DNA of 64,000 nucleotides from Candidatus Latescibacterota bacterium (GTDB lineage: Bacteria > Latescibacterota > UBA2968 > GCA-2709665). The notes below the pieces were generated by a model that was given only the letters and a program-made list of their open reading frames with translations, was not told the DNA's origin and did not search any database. Position numbers and translations under genes: made by a program. Of this stretch, positions 1 through 9,869 are shown piece by piece (the stretch's first letter is position 1; every line of letters starts with the position of its first letter). The stretch is taken from NCBI GenBank assembly GCA_965237675.1, contig OZ250150.1, positions 2,240,001 to 2,304,000 of the forward strand, written 5' to 3'.

Positions 1-1601
1 CCAGGCGGATGGCCGGCGTCCGCCGCCGGAATGAACCGCGGCGTGTTCTCCATATCCGCACCCGCGAATACCTCGTCCGTTCCGAGCCGCCTGGCAGCCA
101 CCCGCACCTGCCCGCCTTGAGGTGTATATTTCACGGCATTGTCGAGCAGGTTGACGACGGCCTGCTCGATCAACTTCGGGTCGCCGCGGACCGTCAGTTC
201 ATCCTGAACCGTAACTGCAACCCCAATGCCCTTGTCTTCGGCCTGCTGTCGGACTGAATCGTACGCCCGATCCACCACCCTTCGGATTGCGAAATCTTCC
301 ATTTCAATCGCCAGCCTGTCGGACTGCAGCCGCGAAAGATCGAGCAGATCTTCCAGCAATAGTTGGAGCCGGTCTGTATGCTTCAGAATGGTTTGCACGA
401 ATCGCTCTGAGGTGGCGTGGTCTTCAAGCGCGCCCTCCGCCAGCGTATCCGCGCAACCCTTGATGGCCGTGAGGGGTGTTCGTATTTCGTGGGATACATT
501 GGCCACGAAATCCTTGCGTGCGCGCTCCAGCCGGTGCAATTCGGTCGTATCGTAGAAGACCGCCACCACTCCCTCGCGGCGAATGGGTCCCACGTGCACG
601 TCGAAATGGCGCTCAGGCAATCCGGACGTTGTCATTGCCTGCGTCCGGGCTTCGCCGGTTCTCAGGGTGTGTTCGATTGCCTCCTGGACCTGCACGTTGC
701 GGATCATCTCCACCGGCGGCCGGCCTTCCGTCGGCGGCATCACACCGAAAAGACGTTCGAACGATTGATTGGTCAGAACAACACGCCCGTCGGGTCCTGT
801 GACGAGGATGCCCACGGTGATACCCGCGAGAATCGTCTCCAGTCGGGACTTTTCACCGACGATATTCGCAATCCGGTCCCGGATCTGATGTCGTGCCGAA
901 TCCAGTGTTCGCGCCAGGTCCTTGATTTCCCGCGAAAAGGCGACAGACGGAATTTCTTCATCGAGATTACCCGCGGCCACCGAACGCGCAACGCGCGTCA
1001 GTTTCTCTATGGGACGCGAGATATATTGCGAGATGTTGTAGGACAGCAGCAGCGCCAGGGCCAACCCCAGCGCGGATGCCGCCCACATCGCGCGATTGAC
1101 GCGGTCCTGGAGTTGTCCCACGTGCGTCAGCGGCGCGCCCAGACGCAACACCACTCGCCCGTCCTCCAGCCCTGGAACGGTTTTGGCCACATACAGCATT
1201 TCCTGTTCGGCCGTTTCGGCGTAACGCACGTGTTGGCCAACCGAGCCTTGCCACGCGGACAGGACCTCAGGGCTACCTGCCTGATTCGCCACCCGCTTGA
1301 GATCCTCCACCCGCACGTCCGAATCCCACAAAATCTTCCCGGCGCCGTCTATAACCGTCGCCCGAACGTCCAGCCGCCGCCCGATCCGTTTCACGATCTC
1401 ATTAACGGCTCGCGAAGCCGCGGACTCTTCCCATTGGCCTGCCAGATAGTCAGCGGCTGTCCTGACCTCCGTCGTGAGCGCGTCCCGGCGTTGCGCCAGC
1501 AGGATATCCCGAATCGTACGGGTCAGAAACATATGTACGGCTGCCATGGCCATTGCGATGACCGCAATGCTAATCAACATCAGCCGCCAATGAAATCGCA
1601 T
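1..1601 (-). CDS. phoR: Sensor histidine kinase, PhoR-like (N-terminal TM, HAMP, PAS, HisKA, HATPase); runs off the window edge (partial)
   Basis: Not in the ORF track because it is open-ended. Manual minus-strand translation gives MRFHWRLMLISIAVIAMAM (TM), H-box RKDFVANVSHEIRTPLTAIKG and N-box VNLLDNAVKYT. AGGAAGG lies upstream of the ATG at 1601. The phoR label is inferred from the H-box type and the nearby PhoB-like regulator. Confidence 0.85.
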   Translation of the reverse strand, partial: MRFHWRLMLISIAVIAMAMAAVHMFLTRTIRDILLAQRRDALTTEVRTAADYLAGQWEESAASRAVNEIVKRIGRRLDVRATVIDGAGKILWDSDVRVEDLKRVANQAGSPEVLSAWQGSVGQHVRYAETAEQEMLYVAKTVPGLEDGRVVLRLGAPLTHVGQLQDRVNRAMWAASALGLALALLLSYNISQYISRPIEKLTRVARSVAAGNLDEEIPSVAFSREIKDLARTLDSARHQIRDRIANIVGEKSRLETILAGITVGILVTGPDGRVVLTNQSFERLFGVMPPTEGRPPVEMIRNVQVQEAIEHTLRTGEARTQAMTTSGLPERHFDVHVGPIRREGVVAVFYDTTELHRLERARKDFVANVSHEIRTPLTAIKGCADTLAEGALEDHATSERFVQTILKHTDRLQLLLEDLLDLSRLQSDRLAIEMEDFAIRRVVDRAYDSVRQQAEDKGIGVAVTVQDELTVRGDPKLIEQAVVNLLDNAVKYTPQGGQVRVAARRLGTDEVFAGADMENTPRFIPAADAGHPP

Positions 1602-1861
1602 CTCACTCGCCTTCCTGGCACTGTCCTAACTCGCTGTTGTCGACACTAATTCTATTAAAGACCGTAACCTCAGGAATGAAAACACCAGCCAACAATACGT
1701 TCACGGATCTTCTGTTTCTCTGGGATTTCAATGACAAAAATGACCCGTGCCATCTCAAAAAAAATCGGACACAGGCCATCGGGAAAGAACAATCAAGAAT
1801 GCAGGACTTCAACCTGATCTGAAAGACTGTCGCGAGACGTTACCGTCCATCGCAACCCTGA

Positions 1862-2131
1862 TTATGCGTCCTGCAATGGAGCCAACTCTTCAGGATCAAG
1901 CAGAGGAATGTGAAGCTCCTTCAACACTTCGTTGATCTGGTCCGACGTCACTTGAGTCGGAGCAGTGATCTCCAGCCCGATCGGGTGTCCTTCTGCCTCA
2001 TAATCTACCAGCAGGCCTCTCCGAACTTTCTCTGTTCTTACACTTCGGGCTCTGACGTTTCTGGGAAAATACAAATACGCTGCCATTGGCCTGCCCTTCC
2101 GAAATGTAATCTCCAAATATCGATCTCTCAT
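1862..2131 (-). CDS. DUF2283-family protein, putative antitoxin
   Basis: 89 aa with AAYLYF...LLVDY..EG.PIGLEI, typical of DUF2283; lies directly downstream of the DUF4258-like gene. Confidence 0.7.
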   Translation of the reverse strand: MRDRYLEITFRKGRPMAAYLYFPRNVRARSVRTEKVRRGLLVDYEAEGHPIGLEITAPTQVTSDQINEVLKELHIPLLDPEELAPLQDA

Positions 2132-2145
2132 CGTACCTTGCTCTC

Positions 2146-2403
2146 TCAGATTGGATAAGCGGTGACAATCACCAGCGATTTATCTTCAAAATCCGGCTCG
2201 ACAATAACCTCCCAACCTTTCTGTTGATACTGACTTTCTACGACAAATCGACCCTCATATTCATCTTTCCGATAGCCTCGGGCACTGTCAAACATCTCTC
2301 TAAGAGCAATCTCTGTAAAATCTCTCAGCTCCATTCGTTTTCCAACGTGTGGGGTGATTTCCAGTTCCCACTTCCACCAATCAGGCCAATTCATCTTTGC
2401 CAT
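2146..2403 (-). CDS. DUF4258-family protein, putative RelE/BrnT-like toxin
   Basis: 85 aa with ITPHVGKRM..R and C-terminal LVIVTAY; lower GC than the flanks; paired with DUF2283. Confidence 0.7.
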   Translation of the reverse strand: MAKMNWPDWWKWELEITPHVGKRMELRDFTEIALREMFDSARGYRKDEYEGRFVVESQYQQKGWEVIVEPDFEDKSLVIVTAYPI

Positions 2404-2538
2404 CCGAATAGAGTCTGGACTGACTCGTCATAAATATAAGAAAAGCAAAGCAGTCATGACACGATTTTGAAGCTTGGTAGTAATCGGTCGGAAGGGTGAC
2501 GACGAAGTCCCTAACGGGGCGGCAATACAGTGCAGGCG

Positions 2539-4002
2539 TTAGAGGCGCCTTCCTCCGGCGAATCCATTGTATTCATCCAGGAACCACTCGGCTTGTTTCG
2601 TCATAAAGACGCCGATCTCCTCCCCCTTGAAGGCGAAAGATATCCTGAGCCCTCCCAGGTAAATATCCGTGATGTAGACTTCCATGTTGAGCGTCTGTCC
2701 GTCGATCCACGCGGCCGAGGCCAGGCAATCGTATTCGATGCCCGGGACCGAGCCGATCTGTTCGCCGAAGTAGCCGCGTTGGGGGAACTTGCCCGGCAGC
2801 ACGCGTCCGATACCGAACCGCAGCACATTGTCGCCCTGACCGTTGGTATATTCCCACGTGCCCTGATCCTCCCTGAAGGACAGGCGCATCCGCGTGATCC
2901 CCATCGGGTTGTCTTCCAAAGCGTACCAGGCTCCGTTGACTTCCGAGGCCGCCCGCGCATCGGGGTCCCCGGGGATCGGCAGGACTGCGAGCCGCTCGAT
3001 CTTGTCGGAGAGTTCCGCGTGGGCGTCGCGGTTCTCCGGAAGCGGCGCGTCAGACAGGTGGGGGTAGAGTTCCTGCCGCATCACGGCAGGAATGGCGCTA
3101 CCGGCCGGTGCGCCCTGTGTGTCGGCGATGCATGTGAACAGAAACTCTTTGTCGGGAAAACAGATGGCGTACTGACTGCCCATCCCGCGGAAGGAGAATC
3201 CGTTCTCTTTGTCTCGCCAGATCTGATATCCATACCCGCAGTTCCCCCGGATGGCGTTGTCGATCTGGCTGGAGGTCGCGGAGCCCACGTACGCCTCCGG
3301 GAGGACCCTTTCATCGTCCCACATGCCGCCGTTCATGCAGGCGAGTGCGACTCTGGCCAGATCGCGAAGCGTACAGATGACCCCCGATCCGCCCCACGAC
3401 ACACCCTCGGGCGTGCGGATGCACCATGCGTCGGCGGAGAATCCGATCCGGTCCAAAAATCGCGGTCGCATGTAATCCAGAAAGGGCATGCCGGCAAGCC
3501 GTTCGACCGTGGCCGTGAGCACGACGGTTGCCGCAGTGTCGTACGAGAAGATCGTTCCGGGAGGATGCGAGGGTGTCCGGTTGAAGAAGGTCCAAACCCA
3601 GTCCGGATCGCCGCGCGTATAGGAGGTTCTCGAATGGGGGGTCGACATCGTCAGGAGGTCCCGGACGGTCGAGGCAGCAAGCCATGGATGGAGTTTTTCC
3701 GGCAGTTTTTCCGGGAAGTATTCGGCGACCCGATCGTCGAGTGTAAGCCCGCCTTCTTCGACCATCATCCCGACCGCCAACGCGACGAAGCTCTTGCTGA
3801 CCGAATACATCCGGTGCATGCGCTCCGCCGACCACGGGGCCCAGTATCCCTCAGCCGCAATTCTGTTGCGACGCACCAGCAGGAACCCGTGCATGCAGAT
3901 TCGCTCGGAGTCGATCCGCTCCAGGAAATTCAGGATCGCCCGTGAAGGGATTCCCAGGCTTTCGGGGGAGGGCGCCGTTGCAAACACTTTTTCACTTCCC
4001 AT
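2539..4002 (-). CDS. Serine hydrolase, beta-lactamase (class C-like) family
   Basis: SxxK motif (YSVSKS), LTLDD.V, PGTIFSYDT and GYGYQIW. The start is placed at ATG 4002 after a GGAG RBS, because the longer ORF-track N-terminus is repeat DNA. Confidence 0.88.
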   Translation of the reverse strand: MGSEKVFATAPSPESLGIPSRAILNFLERIDSERICMHGFLLVRRNRIAAEGYWAPWSAERMHRMYSVSKSFVALAVGMMVEEGGLTLDDRVAEYFPEKLPEKLHPWLAASTVRDLLTMSTPHSRTSYTRGDPDWVWTFFNRTPSHPPGTIFSYDTAATVVLTATVERLAGMPFLDYMRPRFLDRIGFSADAWCIRTPEGVSWGGSGVICTLRDLARVALACMNGGMWDDERVLPEAYVGSATSSQIDNAIRGNCGYGYQIWRDKENGFSFRGMGSQYAICFPDKEFLFTCIADTQGAPAGSAIPAVMRQELYPHLSDAPLPENRDAHAELSDKIERLAVLPIPGDPDARAASEVNGAWYALEDNPMGITRMRLSFREDQGTWEYTNGQGDNVLRFGIGRVLPGKFPQRGYFGEQIGSVPGIEYDCLASAAWIDGQTLNMEVYITDIYLGGLRISFAFKGEEIGVFMTKQAEWFLDEYNGFAGGRRL

Positions 4003-4011
4003 ATCGGCTCC

Positions 4012-4080
4012 ATGAGCTTGTCGAAGCGTGGTCATTGGGGTCGTTGAGCCTGTCGAAACGAGCTTGTCGAAATGCCCGCG
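4012..4080. repeat. Dispersed REP-like repeat cluster (TGAGCYTGTCGAA family)
   Basis: Three GAGCYTGTCGAA units; the block is nearly identical to 55151-55215. Confidence 0.8.
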
Positions 4081-4134
4081 TTTCGCTACACGTTGCGAAC
4101 TCCAAATGCCTCCGAACATACGGATCACCGCATC

Positions 4135-4842
4135 TCACAGGCGATCTCCCTTGAAACGATAGCCGACGCCCCGGACAGTCTCGACCATTTCGCTCGCGCC
4201 GTCCAGTTTCTCCCTCAATCGGCGTATATGCGTATCCACGGTCCGCCCATAACCGGCGTAGGTGTAACCCCAAACCGTATTCAGCAATTCCTCCCTGGAC
4301 TGCACGCGGCCCCTGCGCTCGGCCAGTGTAACAAGCAAACTGAACTCGGTCGATGTCAACGCCAGCACATCGCCGCTCACGGTTACCCGGTGGGCGGCCT
4401 GATCGATGGTGAGGGGTCCGAATCTCATCGCTTCCCGATCGGACTCGGGCGTCGCCGAGTCCCGGCCTTCCGCCAGCCGCCGCAGGATGGCCTGGACACG
4501 GAGCACCAGTTCGCGGGGAGAGAACGGCTTTACGACATAGTCGTCCGCTCCCAGTTCCAGCCCCACGACGCGGTCCACCTCTTCGGCGCGCGCCGTCAGC
4601 ATCAGAATAGGCAGATCGCGGGTGGCCGCGTCCTGCTTCAGGTGTCTGCACACTTCGAGACCGTCTATTTCCGGCAGCATCAGATCCAGCACGACCAGAT
4701 CCGGAATCCCCTCCCGAATGAGGTCGAGGGCCGCCTCGCCCGTTTCGACGGCGGCCACCGTAAAGCCCGCCTTTTCAAGATTGTAAGTGACGATTTCCTG
4801 AATGTCGACTTCGTCTTCAACCACAAGAATATTGCCGTTCAT
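4135..4842 (-). CDS. phoB: OmpR/PhoB-family response regulator
   Basis: ILVVEDE, DLVVLDLMLP, ILMLTA, GADDYVVKPFSPREL and winged helix RTVDTHIRRLREKL...TVRGVGY. The start could be 4854; the phoB label is an inference. Confidence 0.9.
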   Translation of the reverse strand: MNGNILVVEDEVDIQEIVTYNLEKAGFTVAAVETGEAALDLIREGIPDLVVLDLMLPEIDGLEVCRHLKQDAATRDLPILMLTARAEEVDRVVGLELGADDYVVKPFSPRELVLRVQAILRRLAEGRDSATPESDREAMRFGPLTIDQAAHRVTVSGDVLALTSTEFSLLVTLAERRGRVQSREELLNTVWGYTYAGYGRTVDTHIRRLREKLDGASEMVETVRGVGYRFKGDRL

Positions 4843-5052
4843 GGATGCCCTCATATTAGCAACAGACCCGTCGCCCAGCCGGGAACTGAGACGTCATCTC
4901 CTCCCCGAAATGCAATATACAAAAGGGACAGAAATGGGCAATCCTCCAGAGCATTTTCCGGGCCGCCGGACAAAAGAAACACATTGTCCACCTGATGGGA
5001 ATCAACGAGACAGAAGACAATCCGAATGATCCGGCGAGGCGGCTTTCGGGCG

Positions 5053-7029
5053 CTAAACGGGAGAAAAGGAAATATCTCCGCGCCAGGGATCACAACGTCC
5101 CAACCGGACGGCCACGGTGTCTCCCGGCTGCACCTTCACGGGCGGTCTGACTTCCGTCTGAAACGCGAAATCCAGCACTTCCACGTTCAGTGTCCGTTCA
5201 CGCGCTTCCAGCGCCACCGCCTCGAATACTTCGCCTACCCGAGTCTGCAGATAGCGGAACAACCAGTACCGCTCCCGCTGTCGCTCGATGCGGATCAACG
5301 TGCGCATCCGTTCCTCGGCTTCAAAAATAACCCGCTGGATGCGCTCGTCGTCATAAGGCAGCGGTTGATCCAGCAGATACGCCGCCATTTGCCGTTGAAC
5401 CGCCAGATCCGTATACCTGCGCAGTGGCGAAGAGGCCTGGCAGTACGCCTCCACACCCAGCCCGCCGTGCAATTCCGGCGTCACACTCATCGACGCCCGT
5501 CGCATTCTGCGCAACACCCTGTAACGGCGCAAAACCTCGTTCTCGACGTCGCGGAAATTCTCAAGATCCGGTGCGGTCTGGGTCCGGTACACCACTGGAA
5601 TTTCCCGGTCGCGGCAAAACCTCGCCACCGCCACATTGGCCATCACCATCATCTCGCTCACGAGCAGGTTGGCCGGGGATCTGCCGTCCTGCATCGAAAA
5701 TTCGATTTCCCCCTCCGAAGTTATCCCGATTCGCCGATTCGGATGTTCCACGTCAATTGCGCCGTTCTGCAGGCGCTCGATGCAGTGCCACTCCGCCACG
5801 GCGTGCAATGCCGATAAGTCGTTGTGCAGTGAATGGGATGAATCCTCCAGGATGCCATTCACGGCGTCATACGAAAGTTTTTCCCTGCACATTACAACGG
5901 ACGGCACGATCTCAACGCCTTCCACCGTCCCATCGGGCGAAACCTCGAACAGCTGACTCAGCGCCAGCCTGGGCACGTCCGGTCGGAGACTGCCCAGATC
6001 GCTTGAAACCGTCTCCGGAAACATGGGGATCTTACGGTCCGGGAAGTAAAGACTCGAAACCCGCGCCGCCGCCTCCCGGTCGGGTTCGGAATCCAGGGGA
6101 ATCAATCCAGCCACGTCGGTGATGTGCACACCCACCTGCATTGTCCTGTCGGCTCGTATCAGGACCGACACGCCATCGTCCATGTCGGTCGTTGTCGCGT
6201 CGTCAACCGCGTATATCGCCAGATCTGTCAGATCCCGTCGTCGGCCGACATCGAGCAAAGGAGCCAGGCGCAACGCATCCGCCGCCTCATTGACAACCGC
6301 CGGAAAATCAACCGGCACCTCGGCCCGGATCAGGTCCAGATGTTCATCCGGACCCCATACACCGTGGCGCACCAGTCGTTCGAAGGCGATGCGCGAGTCC
6401 ACCCTGGCGCCTGCCATGCGCTCCACCCAACCGAGATGAACACTCTTTTCACCCTGCAACACGTAATCCTTCAGCCGATCGACCCATCCGCCAACATATT
6501 CCGGCGATTCCTCACGGCATTCCTCGAACCAATGCTGAAACCGCGCTTTCTCCTTGGCGCGTTCCGCCTGCTGTCGGGCAGCGTCCTGCCGCGCCTGAAC
6601 CTCTTCCTTGCTTAATGCGCGGTACCTGCCCCCACGCCTCTCCGCCTCGAAATAAGGGTTTTGCTCGAGATGGACCAGCAACGCGGCCCGCTGATCCGGC
6701 GTTTCGTCGCCTTCGTAATAGAGATCGGCCAATTCATCCACCGGCCAGACCTCCACGTCATCACGTAACAGTTCCCACAGGTCCTCCAGGTCGATGCGTT
6801 CGCTGTCCTCCTCCGCGCGCGCCATCCACAAGGCCGCGGCGGTCCAGTCGCCGGCCGTCTCTCCCGTGCGGAGCAACACATTCTCAACCGGCGTATTCAC
6901 CGTTTCCTTCCTGGCCGTCGCGAACCGCACCTTTCCCCCTTGCAACGACAGGCAAACCCCCGCCATCAATCGGTTTCGGTATCGAAAAAAGGCAATTTCG
7001 TGTTTCGCAACGGTAATAGCCATTGTCAT
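5053..7029 (-). CDS. RNB-domain exoribonuclease (RNase II/R family)
   Basis: Catalytic AVDDATTTDMDDG, VHITDV, SLYFPDRKIPMFP, LVSEMMVMAN and SSPLRRYTDL, plus a C-terminal S1-like region. Start uncertain (7029 or 7023). Confidence 0.9.
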   Translation of the reverse strand: MTMAITVAKHEIAFFRYRNRLMAGVCLSLQGGKVRFATARKETVNTPVENVLLRTGETAGDWTAAALWMARAEEDSERIDLEDLWELLRDDVEVWPVDELADLYYEGDETPDQRAALLVHLEQNPYFEAERRGGRYRALSKEEVQARQDAARQQAERAKEKARFQHWFEECREESPEYVGGWVDRLKDYVLQGEKSVHLGWVERMAGARVDSRIAFERLVRHGVWGPDEHLDLIRAEVPVDFPAVVNEAADALRLAPLLDVGRRRDLTDLAIYAVDDATTTDMDDGVSVLIRADRTMQVGVHITDVAGLIPLDSEPDREAAARVSSLYFPDRKIPMFPETVSSDLGSLRPDVPRLALSQLFEVSPDGTVEGVEIVPSVVMCREKLSYDAVNGILEDSSHSLHNDLSALHAVAEWHCIERLQNGAIDVEHPNRRIGITSEGEIEFSMQDGRSPANLLVSEMMVMANVAVARFCRDREIPVVYRTQTAPDLENFRDVENEVLRRYRVLRRMRRASMSVTPELHGGLGVEAYCQASSPLRRYTDLAVQRQMAAYLLDQPLPYDDERIQRVIFEAEERMRTLIRIERQRERYWLFRYLQTRVGEVFEAVALEARERTLNVEVLDFAFQTEVRPPVKVQPGDTVAVRLGRCDPWRGDISFSPV

Positions 7030-7163
7030 TGCCCATCGGTGGTCGTAAGAGGTGGGCCCGAGTGCGAGGAGAGGGTCTATTGTAACCCGCCACCCCGGGT
7101 CGTCTGGCCGCGGTGGCGCATCCGGTAGGCCTCGCCGGCGCCCTGCACCTGGAAGGCGGCGGG

Positions 7164-7547
7164 TTATCGTTGAGGTTTCCGGGCGACCACGTCGATTTCC
7201 ACCAGGATTCCGGGCAGGACGGACTGCACCGTCGTCCTGGCCGGTCGGACGCCTGCAAAGAACTCGGAATATACGCGATTGAATGCCGCAAAATCGCCGA
7301 TATCGGCCAGGTGGCACGTAGATTTTACCACGTCGCTCATGGTACAGCCCGCCTCTTCAAGTACCTTCCGGATATGCTCCAGCGTCGTGTGGGTCTGCAC
7401 TTCAATGTCGTCACCGATCACCTCGCCCGTGGCCATATCCAGCGACGCATGCCCGCTCACATAAACCCAGCCATCGGCTTCCACCGCCGCTGAATACGCC
7501 CCCGTATCCACCTGCTTATCCGGGTGTCTGATCTCCCGCTTGCCCAT
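7164..7547 (-). CDS. RidA/YjgF/UK114 family enamine/imine deaminase
   Basis: GAYSAAV, VYVSG, DVVK, FN.VY..FF...RPART and LVEID; GGAGG RBS before ATG 7547. Confidence 0.92.
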   Translation of the reverse strand: MGKREIRHPDKQVDTGAYSAAVEADGWVYVSGHASLDMATGEVIGDDIEVQTHTTLEHIRKVLEEAGCTMSDVVKSTCHLADIGDFAAFNRVYSEFFAGVRPARTTVQSVLPGILVEIDVVARKPQR

Positions 7548-7878
7548 CGTGTGGCCTCCCTGAGAGTAAAGTCTCTCTATTGTCTGACGCGTCAATATAG
7601 CGAATTCCACGGTACCAATCCAGCCGGATCTGAGTATCAGATCATCGCCCCGATGCACCTTGCATTTCGCCGCCCTGTGCTATATCTTTCCCGCTATCAA
7701 TTTCCATCCGGACGTTTTCCGCCGCCAGTTCTGGTATGCAAGACCGGGCGCCGCCCACGGGCCCCGTCGGATGAACGAGTGGCGGCTCGGTTTCGATTTC
7801 CCCGCTGGATGGTCCACGCCCGTAAGATGTCCATCGGACCTGGCTGGATGCGCAACCGGCGTTAAGGAGAAACAGCCC

Positions 7879-9858
7879 GTGGCTACCGTTGCAGATTATA
7901 TCTCCGAGGCCCTGCCCGACGTCCGCCTCGCGGAATCCCGCCACGTCCACACGCCATGGACGCTGGCAGCCTATTCGACACTTGAAGAATGGGAAGCGCG
8001 CGCCGCGCACATAAGGAAACACATCCTGGTTGTTCTGGGTCTGTATCCGTTACCGGAAAAGAGCCCCCTCAAACCCCGTGTGTTCAGACGGGTGGAGCGC
8101 AGGGGCTACTCCGTGGAAAAAGTCTACTTCGAGTCGCTACCGGGGTTTCTGGTGTGCGGCAACCTGTATCGTCCGACCGATGGTGGACCCCACCCCGGCG
8201 TCGCCTGCCCGCACGGTCACTGCCGTCGCGGTCGCCTGGAAAACGACGACACGGCTTTTGGTTCCATACCGGGCCGCTGCATCAACCTGGCTCGTCAGGG
8301 TCATGTTGTCTTCTCGTACGACATGGCGGGATATAATGACAGCAGCCAGATCGAGCATCGGAAATACGGCGGGCACGTGGAAGACCTATGGGGCATCGGC
8401 GTCATGGGGTTGCAGTTGTGGAACAGCATCCGCGTGATCGATTTCCTGCAGTCCCTTCCAGACGTGGATCCGGACGGGATCGGCTGCACCGGCGCGTCGG
8501 GGGGCGGCACGCAGACCTTCATGCTCGCCGCCGTGGACGACCGGGTTAAAGTTGCGGCCCCGGTCAATATGATCTCCGCGCACATGCAGGGCGGATGCAA
8601 CTGCGAAAACCAGGCCCATCTCCGCCTGGACATCAACAACGTCGAGATCGCGGCAACAATGGCCCCCCGCCCCCTCTTTCTCGTCTCCGCATCAGGCGAT
8701 TGGACCTGCAACACACCCGAGCTGGAGTATCCCGCAATCCGGGACATCTACAGCCTGTACAACGCCGCCGACAGAGTCGCCACCGCGCAGGTCGACGCCG
8801 GGCACAACTATAACCGGGAGAGCCGTGAATACGTTTACAGATGGTTCGGCAGGTGGCTCCTCGGCGTGGACGAACCGTTCAAGGAGCGGGCCTTTACGGT
8901 GGAACCCGAGGAGGACCTGCTGGTCTTCCACAACCGGACGCCGCCCGCCCACGCGCTCGACGCGACAGGCCTCACGAGGATTCTGATCTCCCGATCCGAG
9001 GCGCGCCTGAATGGCGCAATGCCGGATAACCGGGCCTGCCTGCGCCGGTTCAAGGAGCGGACGGCGCCGGCGCTTCGGCACGCCGTCGCCGCCACGTACC
9101 CAAAGGCGCCTGTTGCGAGGGACATGGGGCGTACACGAAACAAGAAGCACATCGTACAGGGGCTCCTTCTTGGCCGGCAGGATTTCGGTGACCGCGTTCC
9201 GGCCCGCCTGTTCCTGCCGCGAACCGGATGTGAGAAATCCCCGGGCACGCTCCTGGTGCACCCTGACGGCAACGACGCCCTCTCCGACCCCGGTAAGGGC
9301 ACACCCGGCCCCGTGGTCGCCGATCTGCTTGGCCGGGGCCAGCGTGTTCTGACCATCAGCCCGTTCCTTGTTGGAGCGTCTCCTTCAAACACGGGGCGCC
9401 GGGACACGGATGTGCCCCATTTCCACACCTACAACGTCAGCGATACGGCCTGCAAAATACAGGACATTCTCACCGCGCTGGCCTATCTCCGGTCCCGCAC
9501 CGACGTGACATCCGTTCAACTTCTGGGCATGGGCGCCGCAGGGCTCTGGTGCCTGTTCGCGTGCGCCCTGGCGCCCGGTGTCGGCCGCACTGTCGTCGAC
9601 GGAAACCGGTTCCGGGCCAGCGACGACGCCCATTGGGCCGAACACCTCTTCATCCCGGCCATCCGCGCCGCCGGGGATCTTCGCTCGGCCGCCGCGCTAA
9701 TTGCTCCGGCGCCTCTATTCGTCCACAATGCGGGCACGGACTTTCCCGTGGAGGAATTTCGAACGTTTTACCGCGTCGCTGGCGCCTGTTCGGCACTGGA
9801 GATCTCTTCGCGCCGGGTTAACCGAACTGCGTTGCACGACTGGCTCTCGCAGACCTGA
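7879..9858 (+). CDS. Two-domain alpha/beta hydrolase (acetyl xylan esterase-like)
   Basis: EKVYFESLPG, PHGH, nucleophile GCTGASGGGTQT and HNYN. GTG start placed after AAGGAG; ORF-track start is 7660. Confidence 0.85.
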   Translation: MATVADYISEALPDVRLAESRHVHTPWTLAAYSTLEEWEARAAHIRKHILVVLGLYPLPEKSPLKPRVFRRVERRGYSVEKVYFESLPGFLVCGNLYRPTDGGPHPGVACPHGHCRRGRLENDDTAFGSIPGRCINLARQGHVVFSYDMAGYNDSSQIEHRKYGGHVEDLWGIGVMGLQLWNSIRVIDFLQSLPDVDPDGIGCTGASGGGTQTFMLAAVDDRVKVAAPVNMISAHMQGGCNCENQAHLRLDINNVEIAATMAPRPLFLVSASGDWTCNTPELEYPAIRDIYSLYNAADRVATAQVDAGHNYNRESREYVYRWFGRWLLGVDEPFKERAFTVEPEEDLLVFHNRTPPAHALDATGLTRILISRSEARLNGAMPDNRACLRRFKERTAPALRHAVAATYPKAPVARDMGRTRNKKHIVQGLLLGRQDFGDRVPARLFLPRTGCEKSPGTLLVHPDGNDALSDPGKGTPGPVVADLLGRGQRVLTISPFLVGASPSNTGRRDTDVPHFHTYNVSDTACKIQDILTALAYLRSRTDVTSVQLLGMGAAGLWCLFACALAPGVGRTVVDGNRFRASDDAHWAEHLFIPAIRAAGDLRSAAALIAPAPLFVHNAGTDFPVEEFRTFYRVAGACSALEISSRRVNRTALHDWLSQT

Positions 9859-9869
9859 CGCCCTTTCCT

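Noticed and set aside
417-1649. 410-aa plus-strand ORF and similar long ORFs (2530-3945, 13532-14836, 36897-38459, 40937-42016, 53441-54889)
   Set aside because: They are antisense shadows of motif-bearing genes in high-GC DNA and have no recognisable domains.
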